A DNA stretch of 63,154 bases, the filler included, from Octopus bimaculoides (taxonomy: Eukaryota), in NCBI RefSeq assembly GCF_001194135.2. It is 6 parts of 5 records of this genome, joined end to end, with 100 filler letters (N's around TTAATTAATTAA, not from the genome) between each part and the next. Parts side by side here need not be neighbours in the genome. Positions count along the whole stretch, not along the records: positions 24,031 to 54,160 come from NC_068985.1; 5 more parts are not named here. One strand, written 5' to 3'. Below the pieces are notes generated by a model, which saw only the letters and a list, made by a program, of their open reading frames with translations, did not search any database and was not told where the DNA came from. This document shows positions 37,970 through 51,264 of the stretch, piece by piece. Position 1 is the stretch's first letter. Each line of letters opens with the position of its first letter. The position numbers and the translations under genes are program-made.

Positions 37970-39948
37970 GTATGTAAATATAAATACTTCCTCCTCCTCC
38001 TCCTACTCCTACTACTACTCCTACTACTACTGCCATCATCAAATATCTTTTGCATCAATTCTTAGACCGAGTGGCATATTGTGTACTTGAGCAAAACACA
38101 TCGTTTTACATTTCTCTAGTATACTCAGCTGAAAATGTGTACCAGCTGACAGCTGGCACAGCCCTCTCTCTCTTTAGCCAACACCTCCTTGATGATCTGC
38201 TGGGTAAAGGGTAGGTACACTGAGAGGGCATTTATGTCTCCTTGTGATTGCATAAGTGTCTAAAGCAATTTGTAAAAGAATAGTTCATGCTACCAGGTCA
38301 TACATGAATTTGTTATATTCTTACCATCTTTTAGCATCAGCATCATCACTATGATCATTATTTTATGCCTAGTTTTTCTATGCTGGCATGAGTTAGAAGG
38401 ATTTGTTCCACTTTGGCCTCTTGCCACTTGTCACAGTCCATCATCAGCTGATACTCCACCAGTCTCTGGTGTATATGACTTTTTTATGGTGATGGGGGTA
38501 TGGGGGTATCATGGTTCTTACAGCTGAATGCCCTTCTTATCACTGATCATTTTGTAATGGGGTTCAGTCCTTTTGGTCAGGAAAGTGGGTAATTATTTAA
38601 GGAAGGGGTGTTGTCATGAAAGTATTTACTATTTTCTGTATCAATTAAGAGTAAGGAAATGTAAAGTCAGCCTGTGTGGAACTGAGGAAGACAAAACTGA
38701 ATAATATTAAGGTTATGGTTACTATAAAAGGTAGGTTTCACAGTTTCTGGTGATATATCCTGAAAACCCACATACTTAACCTAGCTGAAACAGCATCTCA
38801 AAGACTACCTTTTCCCTTCAGAGTTAGAAAATACTTCAGCTTTTTGCAATTACTGATTTTCTACCTAATTCAAGTAAGATCCACAAAGAATTGCTGCACC
38901 TACACCCAGGACAGATTTGCTATTACCCACACAAACATCATGTGTCGTAACTCAGTGAAGGCCCCACTAATTGGTAATGACTCAGTAACACATACCATCT
39001 GTCACCCATACATGTGCTGTCTCTTCTCTCTGCTTATTCTATTATTATCCTAATCACTGCTCCTAGCTACAACCTCTATCCAAGTTCACCCAATACATTT
39101 GTCTCTCCCATTCTTCTCGTCACTCTTGTATTTCATTGACCACTATGCATAATCAAACCTTCCCAGAGTTGAACTCTGTGAAATTCCCTTCCCATCCATG
39201 ACTTACTTGTAGATACTGAGGTTTAAAACTGAACATAAACTCTATCAGTCTTAACAGTCTTAGAGAGTTTGTAAAAAGTGATATCTGCATCATTAATCTA
39301 ACACACTAATCCTGTTGTATCCACTCTACTTATCTTGGGAGTAATATTAATGACACCCATTCTATGCAACCTTGCTGTTGTTGAGCTTCAGAACTTACTC
39401 AGATTAGGAGCATAACCTTTTGTAAATAGAAACAAATTAACAAAAGAATTTTAAAATTACTTGGGTTTGTTGATCCTTGATTTTATTAAGAAATTTATTG
39501 TGACCAAACAAAATATCAGTTTCTCCAGTTTAGAGGATTTCAGTATTTGTGATTTTTCTGGTCTCTAAAGTTCATTTTTTGCTCTCTACTTCTAATGGTG
39601 TATACTGTAAACATCTACAACTACCCTATTTCTACATATTGATGTACCCAGCTAATGATGTACCCAGCCTAACATTTATTATCCTTAACTGAAGGTAGCT
39701 CACTGAGTCTAAAAATTAGAAGAGCTAAGTTTTCAATAAAGCTATTGATTACATCTCCTACCTAGAAATCAAAATCCTCTCCAAAATGTTGGTTAAAAAA
39801 CTGAATAATATGAACTAACCTGAAAAGACAAAAATTTAATGAGTAAAAGCAAACATTTTAAACCAAAACATATTTTGAGAAGAAAAGAATGTCATCAGGG
39901 ATCATCCAAATGACAGCAGCATCATAATCATTTCTGCTGCCACATATG

Positions 39949-40050
39949 TAGTCACATATGTAGGAATAGTAACTCTACTTTGTAGTCACATATGTAGGAA
40001 TAGTAACTCTACTTTGTAGTCACATATGTAGGAATAGTAACTCTACTTTG
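39949..40050. repeat. Three identical 34-bp tandem units
   Basis: TAGTCACATATGTAGGAATAGTAACTCTACTTTG at 39949, 39983 and 40017. Confidence 0.95.
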
Positions 40051-42410
40051 ACTAATTATATTGCCAAAATTAAATATAAAGTAACTTATTACAAGTATAT
40101 AATCTATAAGCATACATTCAGGATTCTGTCAAGATCAGTTGTCAGCTGTAGATACTCAGCATGTTCGTTTTTGAGTAGTTGCCCAATTAAAAATTATTTC
40201 CCTTCTTACTGATTAAACTATCTTGTTTCTCAAAAATGCTGTGCATTTCAATGAACTAAAAAAAGAGTTTCTTTTGATTATGCTTTGTCAAGTCATCAAC
40301 TTTAATGTGATTTACTGGTTCACAATAGTCTTTTTCTGCTGAAGCTCTACTGTCAGAAACAAACTAGATCAATATTTTGAAGAATTATTACATTATATGT
40401 CATTAGTTAATAATGAAAAATGAATAATAGAAATGCCTATACAAGAATAGCTAACTTCTAAATAAAAAAAAAAGAGATACACCAAACAGTAGTAAACATT
40501 TTTATTGTCAGTAATAATACACTTTAAATCTATATATTTGAAAATGTAGCAATAAAATGTGCATTTTGGCTCAGCTATGTTGTTTGGCAACTCCAGTTTC
40601 TAAGCGACCATGGAGAGGTATTTACAGTAGAAAAATAAATATCCAAAATATCATCCAGTGGACTCTGCCTCGGTTTTGAGTCTCACCATTCTTATAGTGA
40701 TAAGAAAAAATATTTACAATAGACTCTGTTCAGGTGTTGACAAATGAGCAGAGAAAGTATAGTGTCGAGGAGGTTCTTTAGTCTTGTCTAGCCAAGGATA
40801 TGACAACTTCTCTAATGCTGGTACCACTCTAAGATACACTCAGTTCTCTCTGTGAACAGGTTCATCATAGGAAGTACATCAAACCATAGGAACCTAGTTA
40901 AGCACGGTATGGTTTTCCAACCTACCTATGAAAGCAGTGGTTGCAGTAAGGACTTATACATGACTACCCTTCCTTGTCAGCATGGAAAGTGGATATGAAG
41001 AAGAAGAAGATGGAGGAGGAGAGGAAAAGGATGTGTTGTTGGTGATTTATCACAACAAGAAAATGTATCTATCCTATTGAAGTATTTTTTTTAAATATAA
41101 GCAGTCATTTGGAGACCATATTTTTCTGGAATAAATAACCTATGGTCTTCCACACATATGCAATGAAATCCCAAATCACTGGTAGCTCCACTTTACAACA
41201 AACAGTTATTAGGGAGTCACAAAGAGTTTGTATTAGTTATACACTCAAATCAATGAAACAAATTTCTAAGCTGTCACATTCAAAATTCAAGTTTGGATAA
41301 CTGAAAGAGTTATGTTTATTATGCATTTACCAACATTTTTCAATGTGGAAATGAGAAAGCCCTAAATATCATAACAGAAGTGATTAAGAAACTTTGATCA
41401 GGGACAACAGAACAAAGGCACAATATGTCTGATGCACAATTAAAAATCCCAAGCATCTATGGGACTACAGTGCAATGAATAACAGTATTAAAAATTTGTA
41501 TCAAAAATAAAGTTTTATATTCAAATCTAACCAAAAGGTATAAGACTGTTTAATTGGTTTTAAACTCATAATTTTGGATAGAGGGCACTTGAAGTTGATC
41601 AAAATTATACTAATTAAAAAAAGACAGGAAAACAAAAAGACAAAGCAGATTGTTTAAATTGTTTAAAATTCATCTCAGCACTACATACATATTTGCTTTA
41701 ATAATTTGTCTTATTCAGTTTCTTTATATTTTGTTCTCAGAATGAAAAACTGTATCTGTTTTAATAAAATAAAAACTTAACATTTCAAACTTTTAGCCTA
41801 GTATTTTCATTTATCTTGGTTTCATATGTCTGTCATCATGACGGTTTCCTCCTCTCATGCTATTACCATAAATGGATCCATTTAATCACTATATTGATAT
41901 GGTAATGAAGAACAGACATTTTCCCCCCCATGATTCACTGATGAGCACTTCTAATTACTCTTAATGAGAAACATTTTTTGAATATGTGCATGTTATGTAA
42001 AGAAATTTCAGTTTTAAATGATTTAATTTTTTTATATCTGTATAGTTTGACATTTTTGCTGAATTTTATTAGTCGATATTTCATGAATTGTTTGTTTGTT
42101 TTCTCTATGACTGACTAAACTGTCTTCCTGGACAATCTACCCATCTAAGTACAAGCATTACATGGAAGTACATCTCATTGTTGCAACCCACTGTAAGCCT
42201 TAGCCACAGGGCCAAGCTCAAACTGTCCCAAGATTATAGATTTGTGGTGGTTTAGGTTGCTTACTGTGTTTTGCTACGATGTATGAGAAAACATGTTCAA
42301 TGATAATCATAGAATCTGAATATAAAATGTGTGAGAAACTGAAATTTTGTATTTTTATCTTATTTTCTAAATTAGAACTGTTTTCTGAATTTTTATTTTT
42401 TATTTTTAAG

Positions 42411-42662
42411 ATCCTCCTCAAGTAAACATTCATATTTCAAATGAGACAAATAATATAATAATTAATTGCACTGCATTCGATGGAAACCCAGATATTTATG
42501 AATACAAACTGAAGCAAAAATGGGGAAATGCCACTAAGAATACTTATACTATGAATGTATTATCTATAAATAATCCTTCTTTCAATAATACTGGTACATG
42601 GGTGTGTCATGTAAGCAATGAAGATTTTCATGTGAATAAATCATCAAACTACAAAATTCCAG
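42411..42662 (+). CDS. IgSF receptor, Ig domain exon 3 (GC donor)
   Basis: TATTTTTAAG acceptor, AG|GCAAGT donor, 252 nt; YPPQVNI...IINCTAFDGNPDIYEY...NNTGTWVCHVSN...KIP. Absent from the ORF track. Confidence 0.85.
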
Positions 42663-43548
42663 GCAAGTATTTTACAAAGCCACAATTTATTTATAAAAAC
42701 ATATTTACAATTTGAATTATTATTTTTAGAATGATAAATTGATTAGTTATTTATTTAATTTTATCTCATTAGAAGATTGTTGGACTTTGTTTCTTTTTAT
42801 GTATGTCAATAAAACTGATAATTTTTAATTATAATTTTCAAATTTAATATCCTCTTAAAATTCAATATCCTCAAATTCAATATCTTCTTAATTATAATTT
42901 TCAAATTCAGTATCCTCAAATTTTCTCCAAAAGACCTGAAGCTATTTTCAAGTAAATTTTAAGCATTCATTTTATACAGTGAAATTGTTTCTGTGTTCAG
43001 TTTTTGTTTTTTAGTTTGTTCCATTTTAACTGTCAACTGTATGCCTGTATATAGAATATATAGCAAATTAACTTATCAGGCAAGAACATCAAATATTGTT
43101 TGCTAGAATAATTAAGTGTTACAATAGACAAACTTTTAGTACTATAGAGTTTCTATTTAAATTCTATACCATGTCATATTTACTAGCTTCAGAAGAGAAA
43201 TGTTTGTATTATGTTTATATTTTATGAAAGACATTTTGTACCACTTTAGATGTCTTGAGATTTAAGGTAATGTAAGCACTGATGAATCAAGATTATCTGT
43301 ATAATCTTAAAAATACTGACTGTTTCTGAGCAGTATTGGGGAGATTGTCTTTATTGGAGATAACATACATTTAGGATTATGTGACCTTTAAAAAGGGAAA
43401 TTCCAAAACTTGTAAGGAATTAGTAGATTTGCGAGAATGATTTCAAAGTGATATTTAGGATAATATCAGGTAATGAAAATTGCTTTCTAAATTATCATAA
43501 ATCTCAAAATCTCTGAAGTGAGATCTAATACAGGTTATATAAATCCAA

Positions 43549-45127
43549 TTCATCATTATCATCATCATCATCATCATCGTTTAACATCTGCTTTCCATGC
43601 TAGCATGGGTTGGACGATTTGACTGAGGACTGGTGAACAGGATGGCTGCATCAGGCTCCAATCTGCTCTGGCAGAGTTTCTACAGCTGGATGCCCTTCCT
43701 AACACCAAACACTCCGAGAGTGTAGTGGATGCTTTTACGTGCCACCAGCACAAGGGCCAGTCACACGGTACTGGCAACGGCCACGCTCAAAATGATGTTT
43801 TTTACATGCCACCTGCACAGGAGCTAGTCCAGTGGCACCGGCAACGACCTCACTCAAATGATTTCCTAACGTACCACCGGCACAAGTGCCAGTAAAGCAA
43901 CAATGGTAACGATCACGCTCAAATGGTGCTATTTACGAGCCACTAGCACAGAAGCCAGACAGCTGCTCTGGCAATGATCATGCTTGGACAGTGTTGTTAG
44001 TGCTCCACCGGCACAGCNNNNNNNNNNCAATGATCATGCTTGGACAGTGTTGTTAGTGCTCCACCGGCACAGCTACCAGTCATCGAATATGGTTCAATTA
44101 TGATTTCGATTTCACTTGCCCCAACAGATCTTCGGAAGCAGAATTTAGTGTCCAATGAAGGAGAGGTTGGCATGGGTGCCATTTGTCGAATTTGGTTGAT
44201 TTCGATTTCAAATTCACTTGCCTCAACAGGTCTTCGCAAGCAGAGTTTAGTGTCCAATGAAGTAAAGATACAAATAAGTGAGCTGGCTACACTTCTGGTA
44301 GAGGCCACAGATTATGCTCTCACTTAGCTTGCCGGGTCTTCTCACGCACAGCATATTTCCAAAGGTCACGGTCAGAAGTCATCGCCTCGGTGAGACCCAA
44401 TGTTCGAAGTTCTTGCCTCACCACCTCAGCCCAGGTCTTCCTGGGCCTACCTCTTCCACGGGTTCCCTCAACTGTTAGGGTGTGGCACTTTTTCACACAG
44501 CTATCCTCATCCATTCTCGCCACATGTCCATGCCAGCGCAATCGTCTCTCTTGCACACCACAACTGATGCTTCTTAGGTCTAACTTTTTCTCAAGGTACT
44601 TACACTCAGTCGAATATTCACACTGACATTANNNNNNNNNNNNNNNNNNNNNNNNNNNNNNNNNNNNNNNNNTATTCTAGCAGCTACACTTTCAACGCAC
44701 CCTCCCCCGCTACTAACTTGGTCACCAAGATAGTGGAAGCTATCAACTACTTCTAGTTTTTCTCCCTGGAATGTGGCAAAGGTTGTTTTCTGCAGATTTT
44801 CAGTGTTTATTGTTCCTGAGCATCTGCCACATACAAAAACTATCTTGCTAGTTAGCCTTCCTTTGATATTGCTGCCCCTCTTATGTGTCCATAGCTTACA
44901 CTGGGTACATCTTATGGAGTTTCTACCTACGCCTTTTCTACAGATCGAGCAGGGCCATCTACCTGAAGAGGTTTGTGTTTTGTCTACCTTCCTACTTATT
45001 AGGACTTTGGTTTTAGCTAGGTTGACTATAAGGCCCTTCAATTCCAGTCCTTGCTTCCACATCTGAAACTTCTCCTCTAGTTCTGATAGTGACTCAGCAA
45101 TTAGGGCAAGGTCATCAGCATAGAGTT
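43549..45127 (-). mobile_element. Second RTE-clade LINE copy, 5'-truncated at the YADD region
   Basis: LYADDLALIAESLSELEEKFQMWKQGLELKGL, CSICRKGVGRNSIRCTQCKLWTHK, MQERRLRWHGHVARM; (GAT)n tail at 43549-43578. Confidence 0.93.
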
Positions 45128-46098
45128 CCTTTGTAAATATTTCTTTTCATGTTACACACTGGCCTCTTGTCCTTGATCAAATATATGAAAATAATCAGCA
45201 AGAAAACAATCTATCTAAGATAACACTTGAAACTATTAACTTGACTTACTAGTTTTAAGTGATCAAAGGCCTTTTTGTAATTAAAAACCATAAAGATCAC
45301 ATCTTAAATAATGAGTAGAGCTGAACAAATAACTGAGTGTTTGTTATGAATATGAAGTTAAACTGGATATGATGTAGGTAGCTAATATGACAGATTTTAC
45401 TGCCATATGCATATGTCTACAGTATTGGATTGGTTAAAATTCTTTGACAATGTTACCAGATGTCTAATAAGCAAGAGTATTTAAGAGTGATAAAAACTTA
45501 TATGAAGGTGTATTTTACTCTATTGTTAATCTTGAAATTGAAGTCTTGTATGTTTGTATTGTAGTAGAACAGACTGTTGTAAAGCATTCACTGGTAGATG
45601 ATGTACATGGTTTAGTATTGTGTAAAACTGAGAGGGTCTTGCACAACAATCAAAATTGTGTTTGGCATTTGACAGGTTATTTTACATACTTAGTACAACA
45701 GATTGTTAACATAAAATTTGGAGAAATGCAGGTAGTTGGGTGATGTGATCAGGTGGAATGTGATAAGACAACAATGTTAGAGGATCGTCTGGGACCATAC
45801 ACTGCAGAATTTGCGATGGTTGCTGTGTAAAGTTTGTATTTGAATAGGATGGTAAGTAAGAGTTAGTTCGAGTTAAAGGGATTCCGATTTGGAGGTGAAA
45901 TGGTACAGATGCTTAGAATTGTCAAATTTTTTAGCTTTAAATACTGACTGAATTAGTCTGAAAGTAAATTTCTGCCATAAAATTGTATAGTTTATGTTTT
46001 ATTATTTCATCTATTTTTCAAAAACTTAGAAATCTTCTGTTTCAAATGTACATTATATATTATTTTCTCTTTTAATATTTTATTATTTCTTCCTTCAG

Positions 46099-46407
46099 TG
46101 AAACCTATTTTCAGTTCAATATCAAACAATCCTAAAAAGAGAAATGTTTCAATTGGAGAATCTGTAATTTTCAAACAGTGTTTTTATTCCCATCCAAAAT
46201 CTGATGTAAAATGGCAAAAGAATGAGAAATTAATTGACTCAAACAAATATTCAACCACTGATTATTTATCAAGTGAGTTTCCTTTCAAAGGAATCTGTAC
46301 TAGTTTAAAGATAGAAGACATCAAAGATAATGATTTTGGTACATATCGCTTAAGAGTGCAATACTCCATAGAAACAGAAATAATTACTTTTACCTTGAAA
46401 TCTAAAG
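46099..46407 (+). CDS. IgSF receptor, membrane-proximal Ig domain exon 4
   Basis: TCCTTCAG acceptor, AAG|GTAAGT donor, 309 nt; VKPIF...GESVIFKQCFYSHPKSDVKWQKN...SLKIEDIKDNDFGTYRLRV. Confidence 0.92.
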
Positions 46408-46534
46408 GTAAGTTGTTACATGTTTGTAATTATTCTTTAATCTCTTAAAATATTGCTTCACATTATATAAAATTGATTAATATATTGTGAAGTACTTGAG
46501 GTTCTGTTTTTAGCTCATGTTTTGAAATTAGCTA

Positions 46535-46560
46535 TCTATATATATAAAAATGAGAATGTG

Positions 46561-46603
<43 letters not shown>

Positions 46604-46860
46604 GTGAATCCCTAAAACTCGAGAATTACGCAACCAATTTCATTCAAATTTTACACATGCCTTACTTAGAGTTCCAGTTGTGTTTTAGTCAAAAAATTTT
46701 TTTAACTTCTTGCAGAGTTCGAGCACACAGCAACATAATATCTCTTCCACTATTTAAGTATTACGTGTCAAAAGTGAAACAAAAACACTCATGTCAAATA
46801 CTTTCACTTTAAAAATGAAACTATTCCACTAACTGAAACAATCACATTTTGATACTGTAA
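46535..46860 (+). mobile_element. Helitron-type 5' terminus with (GTCT)n
   Basis: A|TCTATATATATAAAA followed by (GTCT)n and CCAATTTCATTCAAATTTTACAC; architecture of microsatellite-bearing Helitrons. Confidence 0.6.
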
Positions 46861-47606
46861 TGNNNNNNNNNNNNNNNNNNNNNNNNNNNNNNNNNNNNNN
46901 NNNNNNNNNNNNNNNNNNNNNNNNNNNNNNNNNNNNNNNNNNNNNNNNNNNNNNNNNNNNNNNNNNNNNNNNNNNNNNNNNNNNNNNNNNNNNNNNNNNN
47001 NNNNNNNNNNNNNNNNNNNNNNNNNNNNNNNNNNNNNNNNNNNNNNNNNNNNNNNNNNNNNNNNNNNNNNNNNNNNNNNNNNNNNNNNNNNNNNNNNNNN
47101 NNNNNNNNNNNNNNNNNNNNNNNNNNNNNNNNNNNNNNNNNNNNNNNNNNNNNNNNNNNNNNNNNNNNNNNNNNNNNNNNNNNNNNNNNNNNNNNNNNNN
47201 NNNNNNNNNNNNNNNNNNNNNNNNNNNNNNNNNNNNNNNNNNNNNNNNNNNNNNNNNNNNNNNNNNNNNNNNNNNNNNNNNNNNNNNNNNNNNNNNNNNN
47301 NNNNNNNNNNNNNNNNNNNNNNNNNNNNNNNNNNNNNNNNNNNNNNNNNNNNNNNNNNNNNNNNNNNNNNNNNNNNNNNNNNNNNNNNNNNNNNNNNNNN
47401 NNNNNNNNNNNNNNNNNNNNNNNNNNNNNNNNNNNNNNNNNNNNGTAATTCAACAGTACAACAGTGTAAGACTACCCTTTCAGATATACTTACATTGTGA
47501 TTTCTGCATTGTGGTGCATAAATTGTCAAGTAAATGAGACGCATCTTTGCCTCCACTGATTCACTTGCAAAGTGTTGAGTAAAATTATTTCGTTGCAGAC
47601 CTCCGG

Positions 47607-48306
47607 CCATTTTGTTCTGTTGTTAATTCTGTAGATGACCTCAAACACAAAGTCTTTCCCAACTTTAAACAAAACTACCAAAATCACAATTGGCTATGTG
47701 AAAGAGCAATATTAGCTCCAAAAAATGTAGCTGTTACAAAAATCAATCAACACCTGATACATTCACTTCCCGGCAATCTTCAAACTTACAAGTCTGTTGA
47801 TACAGTTCCAGATACAAATGAAGTGGTGAACTATCCTCCTGAATTTCTCAATTCGTTGGAGCCTCCAGGACTTACCTCCCCACATATTATCACTTAAAGT
47901 TGGAATGCCTGTTATGCTGTTCCGCAATCTGGAACCACCAAGACTTTGCAATGGAACACGACTTGTGATAAAGAAAATGATGTCACACGTTATCGAGGCT
48001 ACCATTCTTTCTGGATGTGCAAAAGGGGATAACGTCTTTATTCCAAGAATTCCTCTTACTCCATCAGGAGCAGACATTCCTTTTACATTCAGAAGACTAC
48101 AATTCCCCCTTCGTGTGACTTTTGCCATGTCCATAAACAAATCTCAGGGTCAAACACTATCTGTAGCTGGTCTTCTCTTGGAAGAGCCCTGCTTCTCACA
48201 TGGACAACTGTATGTTGGCTGCTCAAGAGTGGGCAGCAAAAAAAACCTATTTGTATATGCTCCACAAGGGAAAACAAGGAACATTGTTTACAATGAGGTG
48301 TTATAA
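47607..48306 (+). pseudogene. Helitron Pif1-like helicase C-terminal half, one +1 frameshift near 47873
   Basis: [76 protein letters not shown]. Confidence 0.92.
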
Positions 48307-48764
48307 TCACAACAGCAAGAAAGTATGTACATGATCACCTTCTTTTACGAAACTTCATTGACTTTCGTATATTTATATTGATATACATATATATACGTGT
48401 GTTTGAGTGCCTGTGTGTATATACATCTCTCTATATAAAGATGATGCGTAGTCTAGACAGCGTTTTTAGATTTCATTATTCTCTTTAACCCCTTTCTGCT
48501 AGTATGTTATAAAGATGGCGGAACAATTTTAACTTTCTTTCTTGTTTAAGTATTTTTACTTTTGTAGGCGAACATAATTTTCTTTTCTGAAATATTCTAG
48601 AAAATTGCTGATAGCAAAACTTTCACTTGAGAACCATTTCCTGAACTCTAGTAATTAAGTTTTCTGGTCAATTAGCTATTCTTTTTTAGTTTATTTATTT
48701 AAATGTTATGTACATAATTAGAGTGGAGTTTGAAAATCGTGTGAAGGCCATCTTTAGCTTGAAC

Positions 48765-49720
48765 AATGAACCTCTCCACTCCTTTTCTCAAATCCAGTAG
48801 CCAAGATAAACCAGGCAACAGGGGCTGGCTTGGTCAGCCTGAAACCCTTGGTCTGGAACCACATGCTGGTGGATCTTACATGAAGGTCATTCTATCTATG
48901 AAATGTGTGTTGTGGTTGCTTAGAAGTTATAGGATGCGACTGGGCTGCCCATTTAAGATCACTGCAGCCCACTTTATACGGGCATGCTTCTAGAAAAGGT
49001 GGGGTAAACATTAGACACTACTCTTTTTCCTTGATTGAATTACTGTTGTCATTGGTGACCCAATGCAAGAGCAAGAAAAAGAAAACTTCTCTTGTTGTGG
49101 AAACTTGAAATGTGCACACTCTGGATCTGGATGACACACTGTACTGCTTTAGGGAATAAGGAGCTGAATCATTACAATGTGGACATTGCAGCCCTATCTG
49201 AAACAAGACTTATGAGGGTAGTCTTTGTGAAGGAGTGAACTACACCTTTTTCTGAAAAGGTAAGGATCTTATAGAGCAGTAAATGAAAGGTATTGGCTTC
49301 AGAGTGAAGACTTCCCAAGAGAACAGATACTAGTTGGCTCCCACTTCTATCATTGAATGGCTCATGTCCATCCACCTTCCCCTTCCCAATAACAATCATC
49401 TCAGTTATACCCCCACCCTTGACTCTAATGATGAGATCAAGGATTCTTTCTAATTTGATCTCAACAGGACCGTCCAGGTTGTGCTAAGATGAGACAAAGT
49501 TATCATGTTGATAGATTTGAATGCCAGGGTTGGATGAGCTAATGACCTTTGGATGAGAATTCTGGGAAAGCAAGGTGTGGGAAGCTGCAACTCGAATAGA
49601 CTGCTTCTCCTTGGCTCATGTGCTGAGAATGAACTGGCAGTTACTAACACCTTGTTTCATCCTCCTAGTTGGCACAAGACCATGTGGAGACAGGACCAGA
49701 TTTAAACCATGTGGGGCCCA
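48765..49720 (+). mobile_element. RTE (BovB-like) 5' region with degenerate APE endonuclease
   Basis: T*NVHTL, KELNHYNVDIAALSETRL, DKVIMLIDLNARVG, GVGSCNSNRLLLLGSCAENELAVTNTLF. Confidence 0.88.
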
Positions 49721-50002
49721 GGATACTTCAAGTTCAGTGGACCCCTTATACACAAGAATTAATATCTTCGAAAATTACCAAATATAAATCTCAGATGTGT
49801 CTTATAATATGGTATAGTACTCATATTTGGAGAAAACTAGACACTCCCTTCATCAGGATGTTCAATCTCACAAAAAAACATACAGTGACACAAGACAATA
49901 TATTAATATACAGAATTATATACAATTCAGATCCAAAAGATTTCCTACATTATATGGTGTCGCCTTTACCTCCAATGCAAGTACATACATACATACATAC
50001 AT

Positions 50003-50403
50003 ACATACATACATGTTGTTGTTGTTGGCACTTCGTCGCTTATGACGTTGAGGGTTCCAGTTGATCCGATCAACGGAACAGCCTGCTCGTGAAATTAACG
50101 TGCAAGTGGCTGAGCACTCCACAGACACGTGTACCCTTAATGTAGTTCTCGGGGATATTCAGTGTGACACAGTGTGACAAGGCTGACCCTTTGAATTACA
50201 GACACAACAGAAACAGGAAGTATGAATGAGAGAAAGTTGTGGTGAAAGAGTACAGCAGGGTTTGCCACCATCCCCTGCCGGAGCCTCGTGGAGCTTTAGA
50301 TGTTTTGGTTCAATAAACACTCACAATGCTCGGTCTGGGAATCGAAACTGCGATCCTATGACCGCGAGTCTGCTGCCCTAACCACTGGGCCATTGCGCCT
50401 TCA
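50003..50403 (-). mobile_element. Full-length tRNA-derived SINE (family C) with (AAC)n tail
   Basis: Minus-strand head GAAGGCGCAATGGCCCAGTGGTTAGGGCAGC...GTTTCGATTCCC (A and B boxes). Confidence 0.88.
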
Positions 50404-50427
50404 CTCATACATACATACATACATACA

Positions 50428-50460
<33 letters not shown>

Positions 50461-51264
50461 GCATTCATCTTCAGGTGTGTTCTCTTGTTTCCCTTTTCTC
50501 TGTTGTATCAAAAGCTGCTACAATTAATTCCCTTGAGAATTGTAAATGCTTTGCTACTGGGTTTTTTTAATTGAATTACTTGGTGTCTCTAAAGTGGTTA
50601 TCACAAAGGAGAATCCATTACATTTTTTTAAGAAGTCAAGATACCTTTGTATATTGAAAGAGAGCTTCTTCATGCCTGACTGTTGGGAGGTGGAGGGACC
50701 TTCCTGTACTGAGTGCTACATACCCTTTCTAGCAGCCCCCCTCCTCCCACATCTAGATGCCTGGGACAATTAGCCCCTCCGTACCCCTATAAATTCAGTC
50801 CTGTGTGGAGGTATCCAAGATAAATGCACTGGCACATCATGGAATACATTCTCCCACATTTTATGACAGAAGCAATATGCTTGTGACCTGCAGCCTCAGC
50901 AGCACAGATGACTGTTGGAAAGATCATCAACTACTCCTTTCCTGGCTCAGGCAGCAAAATCTTTCCTACCACAATACATTTGCAAAGAGAGCACAGCATT
51001 TTTCGAAATTGTTTCTGAATTGAAGACTTACGCAGTCAAGTGGGATTACTCTTGCCTTACAGAACTTCACTATGAACGGGCAGTATGGAAGCATATTGGT
51101 CCATTTAACTCAAAACTATCACCAAATCTACCGAGGAAATAATTGGTTATGATAAACAGCTGATGAAGACTGATTTCACCAAAATGACAGATTACTAAGC
51201 TGATCAACCAGAAGAGAGCAACTCATTTGGCATGGGAGAATTTCCTAACATTTGCAACACTTAG

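Noticed and set aside
42611-42616. Canonical GTAAGC donor for Ig exon 3
   Set aside because: Phase 0 would frameshift exon 4 and truncate the Ig fold.
48495-48503. CTAG|T as the Helitron 3' end
   Set aside because: No GC-rich subterminal hairpin upstream; cannot be linked to the 46535 terminus.
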